The notes: generated by a model not told the origin, from the sequence alone. A stretch of DNA of 64,000 bases from an uncultured Actinomycetes bacterium (GCA_963816155.1 CAWFJE010000011.1:303373-367372), one strand, 5' to 3'; positions 32,387-41,608 are shown, counted from the first letter of the stretch. A program made the numbers and translations.

Positions 32387-33546
32387 CGCATTACGCCGGG
32401 ACGCCGTTCGCTGCGGAAATCACCAGCGTGCACCCCGCGTGTAAGATTCCGAGCCGTCATGGTGACTTCGCCTTCATCGTAACTCCTCGAGAGCCCAACC
32501 GCTCCCTCTGCGCGACGTTGCCACGCCGCGCTCGGGTCGGTCTCGCCACTTGCTCTCTCAGAGGACTGGAGTGTCACCCACTCCCGGCGACCGCTACTGG
32601 CCCACTGAGGTCCTTGCATCCCGCTCTGGTCCGCTCCACCCTTGTGACAGAACGAGGCGGATATCACTCTATTGAGCATAGCCCAATTACACGGCGCGTG
32701 CAATACATTCGCTCTAGAACAAGACGCGTGACGGCTGAAGCGAATGTCGGCACTGTAGCGCGAGGTTGATAGAAGAGCGGAGCCAACATCTCCACACCAG
32801 ACTTCGCAGTCATGCGAGGGGCCAGAGCCCCACGTCAATGCGTCATCCGGCGAGCCGAATTCACAGAAGTCCATTACGGAACGCCTCCGCGGAACTCCTT
32901 CGCGGCTCATGTGCTCTCCCGTAACATCTTCCTCTTCTTTTCCACGTTGGGTCCCGCCTCAAACTTCGTGAGTGTCAAAGTCTTGCACCCGCAGTGGTGT
33001 TATCGGCCCCGCGAAGAGAAGCGACAAGCACGCTCGAAAGAAAGAGGATGATTCTTGGGGAATCGAACCGAGATCGGCAGTATGGTGCTGCCGTGGAGGA
33101 ACAATCCTGAAGCGTTGAGAATTGGGCCCATCCGCGGCGCCTAGGCTAACCGATTGGATTGCAGCGAGAAATCGACGTGCAATAGCCTAGACTAGATGAG
33201 TCTTGGATCTCTTGATGATCCAGAGGTGGCTTCTAGCGCCGCCTTTCAAAGACGAGAACCTGGCAGAGGGGCCCCCACCAACCACTCCATACCGTGCCGC
33301 TGAGGCAGAGACCGGCTTCGCGTCTTCTGGCCACCCTACGGTCGACGCGACTCCTCAAGGGAAGGAACACACGCTCGGTGTACATCGCTACCTCCTGCGA
33401 GGTCGTACTCACAGAAAGAAGTACGACGACTCAGGATGACTTCCTCCGCCCAGCCAATCGACTTCGGCCGGTGCGCTTGGACCCTGAGACCTGCTCGATG
33501 GATTCATCCGCCGAGATGAAAGCGAAGCACCACAGACTGGGACATC

Positions 33547-36500
33547 TCATGAGAATGCGCGTCCGGCGGTCCTCGTCGTCCTCCAGTTCGAGAAGCCGCC
33601 CAAAGACTGAGAGGGCGGCGCCGTCCGCGGCGCCGCCCCTCTCACAGGCTCCTTGTGGCGTTCGGCTATTCCGCTCCGACCCTCAGGACAAGCACGGCAG
33701 CCTGGGCCCGAGTCAGATTGGACAGAGGTAGGAGATACAGCACCGCCGTTCTGCGTGGTTCCCTGGACCACCCCGCGGTAGACCAGATAGGCGGTGAAGG
33801 GGACGTGAACGGGATTGACCTGGGCGGCGTCGGCAAAGGGGGCAAGTACAGCCGCCCCCTCAGCGGCGTACCAGGCGGCCAGCGTCGGGTAGTTACCAAG
33901 CTCGCCGGCGATGTGACCGCTGTCGGCCAGTTCCTGCTGAGAGAGGTAGCGCCCCAGGATGGTGTTGGCGTGCTGCCTGGATATGTTCCAGGCCGGACGG
34001 TAGGTGTCGTCGGGGTATCCGGTCACCACCTGGGCGGCCGCTGCCCCCTCTATCCAAGGATAGTAGGCATGGGCGACGGAAACGTCCGTGAAGGTGGGAG
34101 CGGCCGGAGTGAGCGTCCCCAGAGCAAAGCCGTCTACCACCATCTTGGCGAATTGATCCCTGGTGATGGACAGGGTGGGCCGGAAGGTACCGTCAGAGTA
34201 ACCCTTGGCCACGGTCCAGACCTCGTCGGCAGTCACGCCGTACATGCTCACCCACTGGGCGTCGGTGATGTCAGTCCAGCGGTCGACATGAACGGGAGGC
34301 TCGGGCAGAGCGGTGAACTCAGCCATCACCACGAGACTGGAGGTCACGTCTATGTCCGTGCGCGAAGCAGTGGCAAGGCCGTCGCTCCAGCGAACGAACT
34401 CATAGCCGGTGTCCGGCAGCGCTGTTACCTGGCTGCCATCCTTGCCGTACTGGACCACCTGGACGGTATCCCCGGAGACGGAACCTCCCTCGGCGGCCCG
34501 GTAGATCAGGGTGAATTCCTGCACATTGGAGACATAGACAGCGAGAGCCTGGGTGTCGGTGAGCACGGGCGATCCGTTGTCGGCCACTTGCACGATCACG
34601 TCGTAGATGTTGTCGGCCCCGACGTCGGTGGGAGACTCATGATTGGGAGCGGTGATGAAGGCGAGGACCCCGGTGGAAGCGTTGATGGTGAACTTGGCAG
34701 CGTCGGCCCCGCCGATGATGCTGTAGGTGAGGTTGTTGGCGGGCACGTCAACGTCGGTGGCAGTGACCGTGGTCACCGCGGTGGTGTTCTCCTTCACAAC
34801 TGCGGCCGCGCTCGCGCCGCCGCCGTTGCTCGTTATGACCGGGGCGTCGTTCAGTGCATTAACGTTCACGTAGACGGTGGCCGTATCCGTGTATTCGCCG
34901 TCGCTGATGGTGTAAGTGAAGCTGTCTGAGCCGTTGTAGTTGGCGTCCGGCGAGTAGTTGACAAGATCGTCCGTCGTATCAGACGGGGTCCCGTTGTCGT
35001 CCACGGCAGCAGTGCCGTGTGCGGGGTCTGACACGGCCGTGATTGCCAGATCATCGCCGTCTAGGTCAGTATCGTTGGCAAGCACGTCGATGGCGAAATC
35101 AACGCTGTCTTCAGCCACATCGATAGCCGTGGGATCCCCATCATTGACCGCGTCCGGGGCCTCGTTTACGTCGTTCACAGTGACCGTGAACGCTTCCTCA
35201 TACCAAGCGCCGTCGGAGTCGGTGGTGCGCACTCGGATGGAGTAGGAGTCCTTCACCTCGTAGTTGAAGAGTGCCGCGGTGTTGAGCGCATCGCCCACGA
35301 TGGCAAAGGAGGCGTTGTCGGTGTCGCCAGCACCCGCCGCCAGAGTGTAGGTGAAGCTGTCGCCCACATCCTCGTCCGTGGTGCTCAGGTTGCCCACCAG
35401 AGTGCTGCTGGCCTGGTTTTCGTCGACGTCGCTGTTATCAAGGGCGATATCGCTGGGATCGTCGTTTACGTCGTTCACAGTGACCGTGAACGCTTCCTCA
35501 TACCAAGCGCCGTCGGAGTCGGTGGTGCGCACTCGGATGGAGTAGGAGTCCTTCACCTCGTAGTTGAAGAGTGCCGCGGTGTTGAGCGCATCGCCCACGA
35601 TGGCAAAGGAGGCGTTGTCGGTGTCGCCAGCACCCGCCGCCAGAGTGTAGGTGAAGCTGTCGCCCACATCCTCGTCCGTGGTGCTCAGGTTGCCCACCAG
35701 AGTGCTGCTGGCCTGGTTTTCGTCGACGTCGCTGTTATCAAGGGCGATATCGCTGGGATCGTCGTTTACGTCGTTCACAGTGACCGTGAACGCTTCCTCA
35801 TACCAAGCGCCGTCGGAGTCGGTGGTGCGCACTCGGATGGAGTAGGAGTCCTTCACCTCGTAGTTGAAGAGTGCCGCGGTGTTGAGCGCATCGCCCACGA
35901 TGGCAAAGGAGGCGTTGTCGGTGTCGCCAGCACCCGCCGCCAGAGTGTAGGTGAAGCTGTCGCCCACATCCTCGTCCGTGGTGCTCAGGTTGCCCACCAG
36001 AGTGCTGCTGGCCTGGTTTTCGTCGACGTCGCTGTTATCAAGGGCGATATCGCTGGGATCGTCGTTTACGTCGTTCACAGTGACCGTGAACGCTTCCTCA
36101 TACCAAGCGCCGTCGGAGTCGGTGGTGCGCACTCGGATGGAGTAGGAGTCCTTCACCTCGTAGTTGAAGAGTGCCGCGGTGTTGAGCGCATCGCCCACGA
36201 TGGCAAAGGAGGCGTTGTCGGTGTCGCCAGCACCCGCCGCCAGAGTGTAGGTGAAGCTGTCGCCCACATCCTCGTCCGTGGTGCTCAGGTTGCCCACCAG
36301 AGTGCTGCTGGCCTGGTTTTCGTCGACGTCGCTGTTATCAAGGGCGATATCGCTGGGTGGACTATTGCCCTCGTCATCGTCGATGTTCGTGACGCTAGCA
36401 TCCGCCGCATTGAGCCCACTGTAGGCAGCGTCCCCAGACGTTGCAGCTGCAGTGACGATGGAGTACGCAACGTCGCCGTCGTCATCAGAGTCATCCACCC

Positions 36501-37905
36501 CAGTGACCGTGACCGTCTGGGGCAGGTTCCAGTTCGCCGGCACTGTGTAGCTCACCACAGCGTAGACCCAAGACACCCGTACATCGGGATCCAGATCGTC
36601 GGAATAGACACCGAACTGTTGCAGCTCAGTCGCCGATACCACCCCATTGATCTGATCTACTGTCCACCCTCCTCCGGCCGGGTTCGAGGTCCATGTGAAG
36701 GAATGAATTTCCCAACCGGAATAGACCTCCTGGGGGGTGGAGTTGTAGTTGGCGCCGTTGACTCTGATGCCCATGGCGATGGTGTTGCCGCCGCTCGAAA
36801 CCTGGTCGGTTGCGGCATAGACGGTCAGGTTGGTGATCGTCGCGCCGCTGGGAATATCAAAGGCCGGGAACCCGAAAAGATACCGGGCGCTTCCGGAGGT
36901 GGTCGCTGTGCCAGTGATGTAATCGCTGTCATCCTGGAGCGACTCATCCACACATTCGTAGAAGTGGGTCGCAGTCGAGGGTTCCTTGGTCCAGGTTCCC
37001 CTGAACTCGCCGTCCGCGTTCGGCCGCCGGGTCTGGGAGGCTGACGTCGCGGTGCCGGCGAAGGTCACGCTAGCGGGAGACACCGTGCCTTCACTCAGAT
37101 CCGAACTGCTCAGCCCGATGGTCACATCCGCCGTCGGCTGCGAATCCAGCACGATGGTGAAGGTATCCGAGCCTCCGGCCTCTGTGGTCTCCAGACCGGA
37201 GCTCGGTGAGACGGTGATACCCGCGAGGTCGTAGGACACTGAAATCCTCACGCGGTCCACCTGCATTTGCTCCGTGTTGCCACAATTTGCCCTTATCCGC
37301 AGCCTGAAGTTGCTGTCAGAGAGCTCGCCGTAACTCCACGATCGTCCGAAACTGCTGTAGTTGCTGGATGGCGCAGAGTAGGTACTATCACTGCCCGTCA
37401 GACCACTGCCCTCTTGATTGACATCATTCGTGTAGGTCAGAGCAGTCCAGTTGGTTCCGCTATTCCAGGAGAGGTCCACGCCGAAGTTGTCTGTATTGTC
37501 GTTGTCGCTGACGCGTCCCTCGACCTCTACGGAGAAGGCTATGTTCGTTGCCACAGAGCCAATTAGGCTTTGAAGACCGAAGATGGATGCTACGAGATTC
37601 TCATTGTCGTCAAACGTGGCTCTGATGTTGTCGGATTCTTGGGCGTTGCCAGGATTTGAGCAGGTGCCCGTGAAACCGGTCCCTTGCTGGTACACGGTAG
37701 TGGCGCCCAGCGCCGATGCCGACAGCCCCACGACCGACGCCGCCAACACAATCAGCAGAACGACTGCGTAGGCCATCGCCTTGTGCATCCGTGGGCGTTT
37801 CCTCTTCGTCATTCGTTCGCTTCTTGTGGGTTCGGTCTGTCTAGTGCTCATAATGCGCTCCCCGTCCGCGTGTCTCTGCTTATCTTGTTCACTGACGCCT
37901 CCCAA
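33547..37905 (-). CDS. Giant SLH-anchored adhesin with cadherin-like repeats
   Basis: Signal peptide 'MHKAMAYAVVLLIVLAASVVGLSASALGA'. Four identical 100-aa cadherin-like units plus two divergent ones (..LANDTDLDGDDL.., ..VNALNDAPVITSNGG..). A 'GYEFVRWSDG' B-repeat and three SLH-like segments. The best RBS start is the ATG at 37851. The last SLH is frameshifted, and the natural stop is probably at 33666. Confidence 0.8.
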   Translation of the reverse strand: MGGVSEQDKQRHADGERIMSTRQTEPTRSERMTKRKRPRMHKAMAYAVVLLIVLAASVVGLSASALGATTVYQQGTGFTGTCSNPGNAQESDNIRATFDDNENLVASIFGLQSLIGSVATNIAFSVEVEGRVSDNDNTDNFGVDLSWNSGTNWTALTYTNDVNQEGSGLTGSDSTYSAPSSNYSSFGRSWSYGELSDSNFRLRIRANCGNTEQMQVDRVRISVSYDLAGITVSPSSGLETTEAGGSDTFTIVLDSQPTADVTIGLSSSDLSEGTVSPASVTFAGTATSASQTRRPNADGEFRGTWTKEPSTATHFYECVDESLQDDSDYITGTATTSGSARYLFGFPAFDIPSGATITNLTVYAATDQVSSGGNTIAMGIRVNGANYNSTPQEVYSGWEIHSFTWTSNPAGGGWTVDQINGVVSATELQQFGVYSDDLDPDVRVSWVYAVVSYTVPANWNLPQTVTVTGVDDSDDDGDVAYSIVTAAATSGDAAYSGLNAADASVTNIDDDEGNSPPSDIALDNSDVDENQASSTLVGNLSTTDEDVGDSFTYTLAAGAGDTDNASFAIVGDALNTAALFNYEVKDSYSIRVRTTDSDGAWYEEAFTVTVNDVNDDPSDIALDNSDVDENQASSTLVGNLSTTDEDVGDSFTYTLAAGAGDTDNASFAIVGDALNTAALFNYEVKDSYSIRVRTTDSDGAWYEEAFTVTVNDVNDDPSDIALDNSDVDENQASSTLVGNLSTTDEDVGDSFTYTLAAGAGDTDNASFAIVGDALNTAALFNYEVKDSYSIRVRTTDSDGAWYEEAFTVTVNDVNDDPSDIALDNSDVDENQASSTLVGNLSTTDEDVGDSFTYTLAAGAGDTDNASFAIVGDALNTAALFNYEVKDSYSIRVRTTDSDGAWYEEAFTVTVNDVNEAPDAVNDGDPTAIDVAEDSVDFAIDVLANDTDLDGDDLAITAVSDPAHGTAAVDDNGTPSDTTDDLVNYSPDANYNGSDSFTYTISDGEYTDTATVYVNVNALNDAPVITSNGGGASAAAVVKENTTAVTTVTATDVDVPANNLTYSIIGGADAAKFTINASTGVLAFITAPNHESPTDVGADNIYDVIVQVADNGSPVLTDTQALAVYVSNVQEFTLIYRAAEGGSVSGDTVQVVQYGKDGSQVTALPDTGYEFVRWSDGLATASRTDIDVTSSLVVMAEFTALPEPPVHVDRWTDITDAQWVSMYGVTADEVWTVAKGYSDGTFRPTLSITRDQFAKMVVDGFALGTLTPAAPTFTDVSVAHAYYPWIEGAAAAQVVTGYPDDTYRPAWNISRQHANTILGRYLSQQELADSGHIAGELGNYPTLAAWYAAEGAAVLAPFADAAQVNPVHVPFTAYLVYRGVVQGTTQNGGAVSPTSVQSDSGPGCRACPEGRSGIAERHKEPVRGAAPRTAPPSQSLGGFSNWRTTRTAGRAFS
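35162..36357 (-). repeat. About 4 tandem copies of a 300-bp unit, nucleotide-identical by line-by-line comparison
   Basis: Sequence lines 35161-35460, 35461-35760, 35761-36060 and 36061-36360 are identical except at the array edges. Each encodes 'DIALDNSDVDENQASSTLVGNLSTTDEDVGDSFTYTLAAGAGDTDNASFAIVGDALNTAALFNYEVKDSYSIRVRTTDSDGAWYEEAFTVTVNDVNDDPS'. Confidence 0.97.
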
Positions 37906-37941
37906 AGCCCTTTCCCGTAGATGGGCGACCCTTGTTGCGAT

Positions 37942-38256
37942 TCACGACACCTGGGCCAGTTGCGCGCTGGCCTCGTCTAGAGCAATGCCGGCCCCCGCGC
38001 CGCCTTCTACGTGTTCGACCCGGACCACGTTCCCAGTGGCTTCGACCCGCAGAGGAGTGGCGGTCTCACGATCGGGGATAGTCAGAACCACATTCAGTCG
38101 GTCACCGACATCGAGCTGGTATTTCGTCAACAGATAGAGTCCCGACACGGACACGTTGCATGTGGTTGCCGGCCCCCTGTCGGTTTCGACCGGTAGAGAG
38201 ACCAGGAACCTCTCGGCCAATCGATGCTCAGAATAGATGCTACTCGCCTGTGACAT
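37942..38256 (-). CDS. PilZ-domain protein (putative c-di-GMP receptor)
   Basis: 104 aa. 'EHRLAERF' (RxxxR) followed by 'CNVSVSGLYL' (D/N-x-S-x-x-G) in the spacing expected for PilZ. Confidence 0.65.
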   Translation of the reverse strand: MSQASSIYSEHRLAERFLVSLPVETDRGPATTCNVSVSGLYLLTKYQLDVGDRLNVVLTIPDRETATPLRVEATGNVVRVEHVEGGAGAGIALDEASAQLAQVS

Positions 38257-38381
38257 GCATGCAAGTCTAGGCGGGCATCATGTGCCACACAATTGACCGC
38301 CGGATAGAAAGAGCTATACCTTCTGGATATAGAGAAATGCCCGAACCCTCGCCCAGAACAAACAGGGCAGCAAACCTCAGG

Positions 38382-39020
38382 TCAGACCAGTCCGTTCTCG
38401 TGGGCGAACCTGACTAAGCCAGCCCGTCCCTCAATGCTCAGCTTCCGATAAACATTGTGCAGGTGCGACTTGACCGTCCCCTCAGTAACCGAAAGGGTCG
38501 TGGCTATCTCGGCGGTGCTCATACCCTGTGCGCATGATCGCAGTACCTGCATCTCCCGGTCACTGAGTCGGCCGGCCAGGCGCTGTGCCCCAGCTTCCCT
38601 CCGAAGGAGGTGTTCCATGGCGCGGCTGAACGAGCGCTTCTCCATCCATACATCTCCGGCCGCGACCTTCTCCACACACTGAAGCACCAAGCTGGACGCC
38701 ATATCCTTGAGGAGGATCCCCGGAACACTCAGGCGTAGGCAGTCCAGAGCCTCGCGCTCGTCGAGCGAAGCGGTCAGGATGACCACCCGCGTGGGAAGAT
38801 CCTCTTCCTTCAGCGCCCGGGCGATGGCGATACCGTCCATGTCCGGCATGTGAAGATCAAGGAGAAGGATATCCGGGCAGAAGCGCCGGACCGCCGCGAG
38901 GGCCTCTTCTCCATTCGCGCAGCGGGCCTGGATCTCGAAATCCCCGTTGCCGGCGAACAGACGCTCCAACCCGTCGAGGATCAGCGGGTGGTCGTCGGCA
39001 AGAACCAAGCGAACAGTCAC
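38382..39020 (-). CDS. NarL/FixJ (LuxR-type HTH) response regulator
   Basis: Receiver 'VRLVLADDHPLILDGL..ILLLDLHMPDMDG..VVILTAS' and C-terminal 'LSDREMQVLRSCAQGMSTAEIATTLSVTEGTVKSHLHNVYRKL'. No histidine kinase is adjacent. Confidence 0.9.
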   Translation of the reverse strand: MTVRLVLADDHPLILDGLERLFAGNGDFEIQARCANGEEALAAVRRFCPDILLLDLHMPDMDGIAIARALKEEDLPTRVVILTASLDEREALDCLRLSVPGILLKDMASSLVLQCVEKVAAGDVWMEKRSFSRAMEHLLRREAGAQRLAGRLSDREMQVLRSCAQGMSTAEIATTLSVTEGTVKSHLHNVYRKLSIEGRAGLVRFAHENGLV

Positions 39021-39200
39021 GTTGCCCGTTCCACGCTTGCCTTCGTGACCCGGAACTCCCAGAAGACCTTGTCAACTCGTATGGAAACGACCAATGACCT
39101 TTCTTCCGACCGGGAGCTGCGCCGCGCCGGTTCCTCGATAGCCCAGGCACCGATTCGCCGACGTCTGAGGACTTTGGACGACCGCGTGAAACCAGCGTGG

Positions 39201-39229
39201 ACTCTATCATTCACCGGAACAGGGGTCAA
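39201..39229 (-). promoter_or_regulatory. Candidate sigma-70-type promoter upstream of the response regulator
   Basis: On the minus strand: TTGACC, a 17-nt spacer, then TAGAGT. This would give a ~180-nt leader. Confidence 0.3.
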
Positions 39230-39302
39230 AGAGCGCTTCACCGCGCGCGAGGCGCAGGCGCGGGCGTATCAGCCCAAGACCCCCGGCTCCTGTCCCTCCG
39301 CC

Positions 39303-40154
39303 CTACGTCAGACCAGCCTGCGATGTAAGCGCCACCGTGCCCGCCTTCACCGACACTTCCAGCATGTCGAGCAGGCGGGGCATGCCGTCTCTCTCCCTCT
39401 GCAGATGCAGGACGAGCGGCTTCACACGCGTGAGGCGCTGGGCCACCTTCCGGTTCGCTACGAGCGCCCGGTTGAATGGGGCGTCGGGCTCGGTTGTGGC
39501 TATGGTGGCAAGACCACCGGGGCCTCCCTGGAGAGCGTCCAGGAATGATGGTATGTCCTCCGCGGCGAGTTCTCCCACCACGATCCAATCCGGTTTCATG
39601 TCCGCCGCTCTGCGGAAGGCGTCCGTTCGCGCCTGAGAACCGGCCGCGGCGACCATCCGAGACACATCCGCGCGCTCCCCGATCACAGGCAGCACATCCT
39701 CCTCCTCGTCGATAACCACGAGATGCTGATTGGCGGGAAGTTGAGCGACGAGCGAATTGAGGAGAGAGGACTTGCCGGTGCCGGGTTCTCCGCTGATGAA
39801 CATGTTCCGTTTCAGGCCGAGATTGAGGGTGATGCGCCGCGCCTGCCAGACCGTGGGACAGCCGGTGTCGACCAAATCGCGCAGGGTCACGTGGAGGATC
39901 TCCCCCGGTCTGCGGTCGCCCGGTGCGGACGCTGATAAGGGGAGTCGCCGGGCACCGACGTCGCCGTCGTCACGCGAGGAGGCCCGGTCGGCCTCGAACG
40001 TACCAAATGTGTGAATGATCGACTGGACGAGCTGAGAGACCAGACGCAGCCGGGCCCGTTCTTCGCCGGAGGCATCAAGCTCGGCCACCAGATCGTCGAC
40101 CACCTGTGTCTGTCGGTCTTCGTAGGCGACCAGTATGCGATCGAAATCCGGCAC
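39303..40154 (-). CDS. Divergent CpaF/VirB11-like (T2SS-E family) P-loop ATPase lacking the His-box
   Basis: 'NMFISGEPGTGKSSLLNSLV' (Walker A), 'HLVVIDEEEDV' (Walker B-like), and 'KPDWIVVGELAAEDIPSFLDALQGGPGGLATIATT' in place of RPDRIIVGE(V/I)RG..TGH.G..T.HA. The GTG at 40154 has AAGGGGGAG 6 nt upstream. The tracked ORF runs to 40439. Confidence 0.6.
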   Translation of the reverse strand: MPDFDRILVAYEDRQTQVVDDLVAELDASGEERARLRLVSQLVQSIIHTFGTFEADRASSRDDGDVGARRLPLSASAPGDRRPGEILHVTLRDLVDTGCPTVWQARRITLNLGLKRNMFISGEPGTGKSSLLNSLVAQLPANQHLVVIDEEEDVLPVIGERADVSRMVAAAGSQARTDAFRRAADMKPDWIVVGELAAEDIPSFLDALQGGPGGLATIATTEPDAPFNRALVANRKVAQRLTRVKPLVLHLQRERDGMPRLLDMLEVSVKAGTVALTSQAGLT

Positions 40155-40362
40155 GGTCTGCTCCCCCTTCGATCCGATGTGGTCCTGCCGGCCGCTCGAG
40201 TCCGATGCCAGTAGGCCAATGGTGCACGCGCTCTCTTCCGTACTATCGGCCACTGAGGCGGAGCGGCTTAGCAAGCGCCCCCTCTTCGCGTCATGGTGCC
40301 CTATGTCTGAGTATACAAGACTCCCCCCCCTTACTCTCAACCCCACGCGCGCCTGGGCAGCC

Positions 40363-40987
40363 TCAGCCCTCCATGACCGGCACCAACCATTCCTGGGTCC
40401 GAGCCCGAGCGAGTCGCCACAGCCGCTGGATGCTGTCATCGGGAGCGTACTGGACGGAGCTCGACACTTGGGACGTCTGCAGCGGCAGATCGTAGAGGTC
40501 GACTATCTCGTCCGCGCGCGGCACCAACGGCCGACCGTCCCGGTACAGAGGAATGCCCTCGTACTCGGTGCCTTGTGCATCCGCGGCGCTCCACAAGGAG
40601 AGACTGTCTTCGTAGGCCCAGTAGATCGAGTTGAACTTGGCCAGGAAGTCCTGCTCGTCCAGCGTGAGACCGGCCGCATCGATGGCGTCCAGTTCCTCCC
40701 GCAGATGATCCACCTTGTTCCGGCTGTCTGTGAGCGTGCTCACCGCGGAAGTAGCCACGATTATGTCCGTGAGCGCCCCCCAGGAGTCTTCGAACAAGGT
40801 GTCGTCGATGCCCGTCGTCCGCTCGCTCGACTCCGTGGCCGTTTGATGCGGTGGTGTGAGGTCGCGGCAGCCGGCGGCAGTCACCACGAGAGACACCATG
40901 ATGGCCAAGAGGATGAGTATCCTGATCTTCGGACCTCGTCTTCGTTCTGTTTTTGCGGCCCCGGCTTCGGCCCCGGCGGATGAGCAT
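40363..40987 (-). CDS. Putative lipoprotein; 5' end unresolved (possible frameshift at an A5 run)
   Basis: 'RRRGPKIRILILLAIMVSLVVTAAGC' is a signal peptide plus lipobox, but there is no in-frame start. The ATG at 40987 (MLIRRGRSRGRK..) joins this frame if the A5 run (40950-40954) were one base shorter. Confidence 0.5.
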
Positions 40988-41254
40988 ACCAGATGCCGGA
41001 ATCCCGGCGACCACGGGCGGCCCGAACAGAAGACGGGGCCTCCGCTCAGTTCATCGCGGGGCCCCGTGTTCGAGGGGAGTAGGCTACTGAAGACGGAGTT
41101 TCCACGCACCGTCCCGTAATCCTTCCTCGGCTCCCGTGACCTGTTGGCGGCAACCGAACATGACGCCGAACCCCTTGATAGATGGCACGGTTGGGGCGAA
41201 CATGGGACCCGGCTGAGGAGTCGCGCGCTGGGACATCGAACGAGGGAGCCCGAT

Positions 41255-41608
41255 ATGAGATGGGAGTACCGCAGCATCATCCTGAGCGCACAGGCGCACG
41301 ACCCGGACACCAAGGCGTACCTACAGAAGATTTGGCCCGGATGGGAGCCCCCGCGCCACGCACCCCAGGCGTTGATCCCCAAACTGAACGACATGGGCGC
41401 CGAGGGCTGGGAGTTGGTGAGCATGGAGCCCGTCTTCCTGGACGAAGACGCGAGCGTCCTTATCCACGGGGGACCCAGGCCGCCCGACGACCCCATCACC
41501 GGCATGATCAAGGCCAAGGCCAGGATCCCATCGACGGGCGGAGGCACCGAGCCTACCAGGTACACGCACGTCTACCTTTGCGCCTTCAAGCGCCAGATAG
41601 ACGCCTGA
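41255..41608 (+). CDS. DUF4177-like small protein with an internal insertion
   Basis: ATG after GAGGGAG. 'MRWEYRSIIL...LIPKLNDMGAEGWELVSMEPV ... YLCAFKRQ' follows the DUF4177 pattern as I recall it. Confidence 0.55.
   Translation: MRWEYRSIILSAQAHDPDTKAYLQKIWPGWEPPRHAPQALIPKLNDMGAEGWELVSMEPVFLDEDASVLIHGGPRPPDDPITGMIKAKARIPSTGGGTEPTRYTHVYLCAFKRQIDA

Noticed and set aside
32383-32910. 175-aa minus-strand ORF directly upstream of the CapD gene.
   Set aside because: It has no RBS or motif and a Ser/Arg/Cys-rich composition unlike neighbouring proteins. It was treated as non-coding; see the finding on 32387..33546.
33050-33080. 'ggggaatcgaaccgag', which resembles the reverse complement of a tRNA T-loop (GGTTCGATTCC).
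   Set aside because: The flanking bases do not form a T-stem or acceptor stem. It does not match the 3' end of the tRNA-Thr at 44192..44263, so there is no support for a tRNA or an att-site remnant.
35351-36145. Three identical 64-aa plus-strand ORFs (35351..35545, 35651..35845, 35951..36145).
   Set aside because: They are the antisense shadow of the 300-bp coding repeat in the adhesin, not independent genes.
37906-37941. Possible c-di-GMP riboswitch ahead of the adhesin, or in the 39021..39302 leader.
   Set aside because: The PilZ-adhesin spacer is too short. I saw no GEMM-like conserved segments (for example ACGCAAAGC or GGCAAACC) in either region. An Infernal scan is needed for certainty.
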